From the IMG/VR virus record IMGVR_UViG_2657244931_000007: a DNA stretch of 9,212 nt. One strand, given 5' to 3'. Shown here piece by piece: positions 1-4,762 of the stretch; the first letter of the stretch is position 1; each line of letters begins with the position of its first letter. Both the position numbers and the translations under genes were made by a program. A model generated the notes under the pieces. The model was given only the letters and a program-made list of their open reading frames with translations, was not told the origin of the DNA and ran no database searches. Origin of the DNA: a virus (lineage: Duplodnaviria; Heunggongvirae; Uroviricota; Caudoviricetes).

Positions 1-64
1 TTGATTTAATTGATTAAAATATAAACAGATAGTTCTGTATCTTATTGATTTATAAGGTTATTTT

Positions 65-144
65 TAAATAAAGGTAAATAAAAAATAAATAGCCATAAAT
101 AGCTATAAATACATCTAAATACCTATAAATACATCTAAATACCT
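65..144. repeat. Phased A-tract array: TAAATA recurring every ~10 bp (8 copies), ending in two perfect tandem 20-bp units ATAAATACATCTAAATACCT (105..124, 125..144)
   Basis: TAAATA at 65, 75, 86, 96, 106, 116, 126, 136; helical-period phasing predicts intrinsically curved DNA. Confidence 0.7.
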
Positions 145-235
145 ATATCCCTTCCCTTATGGCTAGATTGCGAGAGGTGCTTAACGCGATTTTCAGCGCC
201 CCCCGATCTGGAAAATCCAGAATCCCCAAATATCA

Positions 236-254
236 AGGAGGCATTACGCCTCCT
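236..254. other. Inverted repeat AGGAGGC-N5-GCCTCCT overlapping the recombinase stop codon
   Basis: Perfect 7-bp arms at 236..242 and 248..254; no adjacent U-tract on the minus-strand transcript, so not a classic terminator. Confidence 0.4.
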
Positions 255-783
255 CTTCTTCCTTCTTAATTCGCTGTACCGTTGAAGGAGCAACATTAAA
301 GCTCTCGGCGGTTTTACGCACTGACACGCCAGCGGAAAGGGCTTTCTTTATACCTTCTCTATCTACTGCTTTTCCATTACCACGCTTTGTAGGATTGACG
401 GCTTGCGCTTCTCGTTTACGTTCTAGCATCAGTTCACGTTCACACGTTGCAACTGCCGACAACATCGTAAGCATCATCTTTCCCATCGCGCTTGTAATGT
501 CTGCAATGATCCCTTCTTTGTGAAATCGAACAATCACACCTCGATTATTAAGTTGTTCAACTAAAGCAAGGATGTCTAAGGTGTTACGTCCTAAACGGTC
601 GAGAGAGTGCACGTGTAAGGTGTCGCCTTCTCTCAGATAGGCTAAACACGCTTGTAAGCCTGGGCGGTTAGTGTCTTTACCAGACAGCTTATCTTCAAAG
701 ACTTTATCGAGAGTTACTCCTGCAAGCTGGCGATCAGTGTTCTGATCTACAGTGCTCACACGCTTATAACCGATATTGCTCAT
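244..783 (-). CDS. Small serine recombinase (resolvase / DNA invertase family), 179 aa
   Basis: N-terminus MSNIGYKRVSTVDQ has the catalytic serine at position 10 in the conserved Y-x-R-V-S-T context; VFEDKLSGKDTNRPGL and HVHSLDRLGRN match Hin/Gin/Tn3-resolvase catalytic-domain motifs; C-terminal helix-turn-helix (VSVRKTAESFNVAPSTVQRI). SD-like AAGGGG (complement of 790..795) sits about 6 nt upstream of the ATG at 783. Confidence 0.88.
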   Translation of the reverse strand: MSNIGYKRVSTVDQNTDRQLAGVTLDKVFEDKLSGKDTNRPGLQACLAYLREGDTLHVHSLDRLGRNTLDILALVEQLNNRGVIVRFHKEGIIADITSAMGKMMLTMLSAVATCERELMLERKREAQAVNPTKRGNGKAVDREGIKKALSAGVSVRKTAESFNVAPSTVQRIKKEEEEA

Positions 784-828
784 AAAAGCCCCTTAATGTA
801 TCGATTTGGCACTACTTCAATGCAAATG

Positions 829-858
829 AGTATACCGTATTCATTTGGTCTGTTTCAA
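829..858 (-). promoter_or_regulatory. Candidate sigma70 promoter for the recombinase gene (-35 TTGAAA, 18-bp spacer, -10 TATACT on the minus strand)
   Basis: Reverse complement of 853..858 is TTGAAA and of 829..834 is TATACT; sits about 45 bp upstream of the recombinase start codon. Confidence 0.35.
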
Positions 859-910
859 GCCTTATAGGTACGGAATATTACACGATTTAGCTGTATTCAT
901 TTGGTATGCC
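835..910. repeat. Direct repeats GTATTCATTTGGT (837..849 and 893..905) just upstream of the recombinase gene; candidate recombinase site (res-like) or operator
   Basis: 13-bp identical direct repeats 56 bp apart, overlapping the predicted recombinase promoter region. Confidence 0.4.
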
Positions 911-1352
911 TAATGGATACACAGGGGGATAGATTAAATGGTGTTCTGTTTATACAGGTTTATTTGTTAGATCAACAATTTGGCATTTCTAAACAGATGT
1001 TTGAACGTTGCCAAATGTATTGACAACACAAGAAAAGGGCTTGCTATGCCACGCATTACACGAAATAAGGCTGTAAAAACAAAATAAATTTTAAAATTTG
1101 CACAAACAAGAAAACTCGTTCAGAAACAAGCAGAACAATTTTTAGCCAACAATTTCTGATGGTGCTCTGTAAGCCGCATTACACAAGGCTTTGCGAAAGT
1201 GATGTAAAAGTGAAGAAAGTTAACATTGCACTTTTAAGCTACTTTTCATTGAATTTTTAGTATGGAATTACACAGGAATAAGTTAGGGATATTCTATGAT
1301 TTACACAGGGAATATAGGGGGATTATGGCACACACATAGAAAGGCATTACAC
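877..1352 (+). repeat. Dispersed array of an ATTACAC(A/G) motif, same orientation (copies at 877, 1055, 1178, 1267, 1299(TTTACAC), 1346; partial ATACACAGG at 917)
   Basis: At least 6 copies in about 480 bp, irregular spacing, often extended to cATTACACagg; candidate protein-binding iterons. Confidence 0.55.
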
Positions 1353-1510
1353 AGAGTGCTATGTGACAAATGGATGTAACGAGAGGTTACATTCAGCTAT
1401 CTGAAATGCTCTCTGTAAGAAAGTAGGTAGTAACGGTAGGTCACTGTGAGCTACCCCCACAGAATTCTGTTACCCCTATCAAGTCTGATACCCGATAAGT
1501 ATAAATAACA

Positions 1511-1611
1511 CCTAGGAAATGATTTCCGATCTATTTAGGAAGTAACCTAGGAAGTGGTTTCCTACCTACTTAGGAAATGAGTTCCTACCTACCTAGGAAA
1601 TGAGTTCCACC
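1511..1611. repeat. Iteron cluster: four copies of a 13-bp palindromic core GGAA(A/G)TG(A/G)(T/G)TTCC with shared CCTA...TACC flanks
   Basis: Cores at 1515..1527 (perfect palindrome GGAAATGATTTCC), 1550..1562, 1573..1585, 1596..1608; the last three centres are 23 bp apart. Confidence 0.7.
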
Positions 1612-1672
1612 AATACTATAATTAAATACTATAATTAAATAATATAAATAATATTCTTTATACTATATATAT
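1612..1672. repeat. Very AT-rich tract with tandem ATACTATAATTAA x2 (1613..1625, 1626..1638); candidate DNA-unwinding element next to the iterons
   Basis: Almost pure A/T directly 3' of the iteron cluster. Confidence 0.5.
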
Positions 1673-1680
1673 GATCTTTT

Positions 1681-1860
1681 GCCTTCCGGCGTTAGCTTCA
1701 CTCTCTGGCAAGCAGCCTTACTCCGCTACCTTTCGGGCTTCGTGGCTGGCCCGTTCCGCTCACACCGAAAGCAAAGCGTTACTTTCTTCGTGTAACTATC
1801 GTTGGCGGTAACGCCCACGAAGAAATACTATTGCGCTGTGCGCAGAAGAGTAATCACCTA
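1681..1860. other. GC-rich island with nested stem-loops; candidate structured non-coding RNA or structured DNA site (strand unknown)
   Basis: Clearly GC-richer than the flanks. 9-bp stem TTCTTCGTG (1784..1792) / CACGAAGAA (1816..1824) encloses GGCG-GTAA-CGCC (1804..1815; GNRA-type tetraloop); second stem CTTTCGG (1730..1736) / CCGAAAG (1765..1771). Confidence 0.35.
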
Positions 1861-1898
1861 ACCAATCATACTGATTGCTACCAATCATACTGATTGCT
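1861..1898. repeat. Perfect tandem duplication of a 19-bp unit ACCAATCATACTGATTGCT, each with internal inverted repeat CAATCA-TAC-TGATTG; candidate operator for a dimeric DNA-binding protein
   Basis: Units at 1861..1879 and 1880..1898 are identical; 6-bp arms with 3-bp spacer inside each. Confidence 0.7.
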
Positions 1899-1923
1899 TA
1901 CGTGTTAACTCTCTCTAACTCTT

Positions 1924-2081
1924 AATTCCACTTCCTACATTTAATAACTCTCGTTATTCTCTGTAGTTGTGTAATTACTCGAAGAGAGAGCGGCTAAAGC
2001 TCAATTACACTCTGCTTTCCTCGTGTAATTTCACTAAGCCTCAATACAATTCCACTTCCTACATTCTGTAGTCGTGTAATT
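1924..2081. repeat. Duplicated module AATTCCACTTCCTACATT + CTGTAG(T/C)(T/C)GTGTAATT; copy 1 is split by a 19-bp hairpin-forming insertion
   Basis: 18-mer identical at 1924..1941 and 2048..2065; 16-mer at 1961..1976 and 2066..2081 (one mismatch); 1942..1960 TAATAACTCTCGTTATTCT is present only in copy 1 and contains AATAAC/GTTATT inverted arms. GTGTAAT (reverse complement of ATTACAC) at 1969, 2023, 2074 and 1790 (GTGTAAC); forward AATTACAC at 2003. Confidence 0.65.
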
Positions 2082-2083
2082 GT

Positions 2084-2115
2084 TTTCGGTGGAAAAGCCA
2101 GAGGCGACACCGAAA
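2084..2115. other. Hairpin TTTCGGTG-N16-CACCGAAA; its 3' arm shares the 10-mer ACACCGAAAG with the hairpin at 1730..1771
   Basis: Perfect 8-bp inverted arms at 2084..2091 and 2108..2115; ACACCGAAAG at 1762..1771 and 2107..2116. Confidence 0.5.
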
Positions 2116-2125
2116 GAGAATTCTG

Positions 2126-2210
2126 ATCTTATTAATCTTATCTATCTTAGTTAATCTTCTTACTTATCTTACTTACTTATCTTACTTTATCTACTTTATT
2201 ATTAATAATA
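2126..2210. repeat. G-depleted T-rich tract of degenerate CTTATCT / TACTTA repeats
   Basis: Only one G (2150) in 85 bp on the plus strand; strong strand asymmetry. Confidence 0.6.
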
Positions 2211-2234
2211 GCTTTATAAGCTCTCTGTAGCTCT

Positions 2235-2294
2235 CTGACGCAAGAAACAGCATTCAGGAAGGGAATCACCTTAGAAAAGTGTTCTTTGCGTCAT
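2235..2294. other. Imperfect inverted repeat CTGACGCAAGAA ... TTCTTTGCGTCA, about 38 bp apart
   Basis: Arms at 2235..2246 and 2282..2294, near-complementary with a one-base indel. Confidence 0.35.
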
Positions 2295-2610
2295 AATGTG
2301 TTTTATGAAGGATTCAGAGGTGTTTCATAACAGGAGTGTATAGAGGATATTTTAATTAATTAAAAATAAGGGGTCTAAATGCTTCTCTAACAACATTAAG
2401 CAGGGTAGGGAATGGAAACGCATTGCCTACACATATAAGCTCACTACAGAGCTTTACAGAGCGTTTTATAAAGTAACTCTCTATCTTATATCTACCATTA
2501 CCTTTTCATATACCTAACAAATACAAAATAAGCCCCTTAAATAAGCCTCTGGCGAGCTAAACAGCCATTACATAAGGGAATGTGTTGCTTTTATCAAAAC
2601 TTCGTTAGAA

Positions 2611-2631
2611 CGCGTTTTAGAGCGTTTTAGA
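2611..2631. repeat. Tandem GCGTTTTAGA x2, with a related AGAGCGTTTTA copy at 2458..2468
   Basis: 2612..2621 and 2622..2631 are identical 10-mers. Confidence 0.5.
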
Positions 2632-2691
2632 CAATAAGGAGGAATAGCACTACACAGAAGAGCACGAATTGCTAAGAAAAAATGTAAGTGC

Positions 2692-2753
2692 ATGAAAAAG
2701 ATCAGATTTTTTTATGAAAAGGTATTGACAAATGTTTCTTTATATGTAATAAT
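2692..2753 (+). promoter_or_regulatory. Early-operon promoter: -35 TTGACA (2725..2730), 17-bp spacer, extended -10 TGtAATAAT (2745..2753); direct repeats ATGAAAA(A/G)G (2692..2700, 2714..2722) upstream and AGGTATT (2720..2726, 2754..2760) bracketing the core
   Basis: Perfect -35 hexamer, 17-bp spacing, TG-extended -10, about 110 bp upstream of the first plus-strand gene. Confidence 0.55.
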
Positions 2754-2807
2754 AGGTATTAGAGGGACAGAAAACATTCTTCTCTAAATAATCAAAATCA
2801 ACGCACT

Positions 2808-2843
2808 TTGAAGCCGTCAGGCTTGCAAGGTGTTTTTTCTTTT
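2808..2843 (+). terminator. Leader hairpin plus T-run between promoter and first gene; attenuator-like
   Basis: Stem AAGCC (2811..2815) / GGCTT (2820..2824) with loop GTCA, extendable with mismatches; palindrome CTTGCAAG at 2822..2829; T-run 2833..2843, directly upstream of the RBS AAGGAG (2852..2857). Confidence 0.3.
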
Positions 2844-2862
2844 AACTGAATAAGGAGTTTTT

Positions 2863-3051
2863 ATGAAATGGTTTACATCGGAGCACGTCATTCAGGCATT
2901 TAAAAAAGGTGAGCTTACACGACATCAAGTAGTAATGAATCGTAATATGGCAAGGAGTCGAGGTTATCCAGAGCGTGAAAAATGTTTTGACGATGCACTG
3001 AAAATTATTGATGAACTGCGTAAAGCTGAGAAAGAAGCAGAGAAAAAATAA
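2863..3051 (+). CDS. Hypothetical small basic protein, 62 aa (first gene of early operon)
   Basis: RBS AAGGAG 5 nt upstream of the ATG; downstream gene follows with its own RBS. Confidence 0.7.
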   Translation: MKWFTSEHVIQAFKKGELTRHQVVMNRNMARSRGYPEREKCFDDALKIIDELRKAEKEAEKK

Positions 3052-3075
3052 TAGACAAGAGAAGGAGAAAACCAA

Positions 3076-3264
3076 ATGAATATTAATTTTGATTCTGCAA
3101 CTTATAACGCGTTGTTAAATCGCGCAAAGGCAGAAGGGAAATCAATTCCAAAACTTGTTAATGAACTACTAATTACAGTCCTTACAAAGGAGGAACTAAA
3201 TGATCAAAAATATCAAAACAATTGCCGAAGCGAAAGCCAAATGTCTAAATCAGAAAGATGGTAA
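3076..3264 (+). CDS. Ribbon-helix-helix (Arc/Mnt/CopG-like) DNA-binding protein, 62 aa; putative transcriptional repressor
   Basis: MNINFDSATYNALLNRAKAEGKSIPKLVNELLITVL fits a beta-strand / helix / helix RHH pattern; RBS AAGGAG at 3062..3067; 3' end overlaps the next gene by 65 nt. Confidence 0.65.
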   Translation: MNINFDSATYNALLNRAKAEGKSIPKLVNELLITVLTKEELNDQKYQNNCRSESQMSKSERW

Positions 3265-3931
3265 ACAAAAATATGTAGTTGTTGAGCAATGGTTGAAGAT
3301 GTTTAAAAAATGGTATTCACCATCTGGTAATGAATACACCGCTACACTGCCAGCCGTTGAAATCTATAGCTATATAGCTGGATTCAATGAACAAGGGCAA
3401 GAATGTTACGCTACTCAAAAAACATTAGCTAATATTGGAATGGTTAGTGATCGCCAGGTTCGCAATATTATAAATATGTTTGTTGATATGGGAGTTCTTT
3501 CTGTAGAGGCACGGGACGGTCAAACATCACTCTATAAAGCATTACCATTTACAGATGCACATATTACTCCCCCAGGAGAATCATCACTCTCTGATCTTTC
3601 TGAGGCAGAAGAAGCACAGGAACAACCTAAAGGCCATAAACAGCCTTCTTTTGATGTTCTTGATGATTGGGATGCGCCTTTGCCGTGGGAGACGGAAGAA
3701 ACACCTGTTTCATCAAGTGAAAAGGTAGCTAATGATAATGAGGAGGATGTGTTAGAGAATTTTGCCTCTCTTATCATCCAGGAGAAACACACACGAACAG
3801 GAGGAGCATCATTTATTGAGTTTGCAAATTCACTAGCTTGTAGATACGGGCTAAAACGACCAAATGGTATTGAGGCATATTTTTCTAAGCATTACCCAAA
3901 TGTATATGACGACTTTGATATTCCATTTTAA
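3200..3931 (+). CDS. Winged-helix-like DNA-binding protein with acidic C-terminal region, 243 aa; candidate replication initiator or regulator
   Basis: Strong RBS AAGGAGG (3187..3193), 6-nt spacing; segment YATQKTLANIGMVSDRQVRNIINMFVDMGVLSVEA resembles a wHTH; C-terminal half is acidic and low-complexity (SEAEEAQEQ ... DDWDAPLPWETEE). Confidence 0.75.
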   Translation: MIKNIKTIAEAKAKCLNQKDGKQKYVVVEQWLKMFKKWYSPSGNEYTATLPAVEIYSYIAGFNEQGQECYATQKTLANIGMVSDRQVRNIINMFVDMGVLSVEARDGQTSLYKALPFTDAHITPPGESSLSDLSEAEEAQEQPKGHKQPSFDVLDDWDAPLPWETEETPVSSSEKVANDNEEDVLENFASLIIQEKHTRTGGASFIEFANSLACRYGLKRPNGIEAYFSKHYPNVYDDFDIPF

Positions 3932-3942
3932 TAAGGAGGGTT

Positions 3943-4221
3943 ATGATTCAATATTTAGTAAAAAATCAAGTAGACAGAATTCAGTGTAATGACACAGGAA
4001 AACGCATCTACGAGACACTTGCTTACCTCTATAAAGGAAAGCCAACACCGCTAAAATATAGCGATGTGTTACATCGAGCAGGGTGCTCTGAAGCTGGTTT
4101 AAAATTCTGGCTGAAACAGCTATCAAATTTCGGTGTTATAGAGATTAAAGAATTATCTTTCTCTACATTCAATCTCAAAAGACTAGATAAAGAAATAGAA
4201 TTCATCTATTCCACTCTCTAA
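3943..4221 (+). CDS. Small wHTH-like protein, 92 aa
   Basis: RBS AAGGAGG immediately upstream; YSDVLHRAGCSEAGLKFWLKQLSNFGVIEIKE has the same helix-turn-helix / wing pattern as the preceding protein. Confidence 0.65.
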   Translation: MIQYLVKNQVDRIQCNDTGKRIYETLAYLYKGKPTPLKYSDVLHRAGCSEAGLKFWLKQLSNFGVIEIKELSFSTFNLKRLDKEIEFIYSTL

Positions 4222-4262
4222 AATCTCTCTATGTAATTAAAATATAAAAGGAAAACATTATT

Positions 4263-4379
4263 ATGATAGTAGCTATGTATTGGTTATTGTTCTTTCTCAC
4301 GTTAGAAGCATATTTCGGGGTGTTTTCCTTTAAAAGAAAAGGAAAAATAAATGGCAAAAAGAAAAAACAACGTTGTTAA
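4263..4379 (+). CDS. Possible small hydrophobic peptide, 38 aa (MIVAMYWLLFFLTLEAYFGVFSFKRKGKINGKKKKQRC); single predicted transmembrane helix plus basic tail
   Basis: Not in the ORF track (too short); SD-like AAAGGA at 4247..4252, 10 nt upstream of the ATG; overlaps the start of the 4351 gene in another frame. Confidence 0.25.
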   Translation: MIVAMYWLLFFLTLEAYFGVFSFKRKGKINGKKKKQRC

Positions 4380-4761
4380 GAAAATCGGTGATTCAGCTTC
4401 TCTTCTAAGTAAACCTAAATCTATTCTAAGACGCAAAGACTTTAAAGAGCTAGTTACGCTCACCAAGCATAATAGCGCCCCTGGCGAATGGAAAACAGAG
4501 ATCATAGAACATTCTCCCTCTGTGCCTTGTGGAGATGAATTTAACGCCTTACAAGAAATCTTATCTTCAACACCTGGCGTATTCTGGAAACCTAGAAAAA
4601 GAAAAGAGTATATTGTTGATAGCTCTGATTTACGCAAATACCAGATTTTAGGATTTGAAGACTATAACCACTACGTTGGTTATCTCGCCACCAATGGCCT
4701 AAATAATTTAGTTCCAGACTTTCAAATTTTAGATAATGCTGATCACTATGGAGACTTTTAA
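4351..4761 (+). CDS. Hypothetical protein, 136 aa, basic N-terminus
   Basis: Same-strand ORF in operon context; weak SD AAAGGA about 7 nt upstream. Confidence 0.65.
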   Translation: MAKRKNNVVKKIGDSASLLSKPKSILRRKDFKELVTLTKHNSAPGEWKTEIIEHSPSVPCGDEFNALQEILSSTPGVFWKPRKRKEYIVDSSDLRKYQILGFEDYNHYVGYLATNGLNNLVPDFQILDNADHYGDF

Positions 4762-4762
4762 T

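Noticed and set aside
21-955. 10-bp inverted match TATAAACAGA (21..30) / TCTGTTTATA (946..955) flanking the recombinase gene as possible inversion boundaries
   Set aside because: A single 10-bp AT-rich match is within chance expectation for this composition; no extended symmetry around either copy.
1511-2220. CRISPR array
   Set aside because: Repeats are short, of several different families and lack the regular repeat-spacer periodicity of a CRISPR array; no cas genes.
2591-2616. Hin/Gin-type crossover-site resemblance (TTATCAAAAC...)
   Set aside because: Only one half-site-like segment; the other half lacks the required dyad symmetry, and the match relies on an uncertain recollection of the hix/gix consensus.
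784-2862. DnaA boxes (TTATNCACA) in the candidate origin region
   Set aside because: No close match found by eye; the abundant ATTACACAG motif does not fit the DnaA-box consensus, so origin function, if any, is inferred from the iterons and AT-rich tract only.
2842-3075. Minus-strand ORF of 77 aa antisense to the first early gene
   Set aside because: Fully antisense to a plus-strand gene with a good RBS; hydrophobic, Cys/Phe-rich composition typical of a spurious antisense frame; no RBS.
3532-4126. Minus-strand ORFs 3532..3792 and 3941..4126
   Set aside because: Antisense to well-supported plus-strand genes; low-complexity Ser-rich and Cys-containing translations; no start signals.
4302-4637. 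Minus-strand ORF of 111 aa
   Set aside because: Antisense to the 136-aa plus-strand gene and breaks the same-strand operon; no RBS.
4736-4762. ORF-track start at 4736 (MLITMETFNM...) for the 4763..5098 gene
   Set aside because: No SD precedes the ATGs at 4736 or 4748 and they overlap the upstream gene; the ATG at 4763 has GGAG at proper spacing and starts right after the upstream stop.
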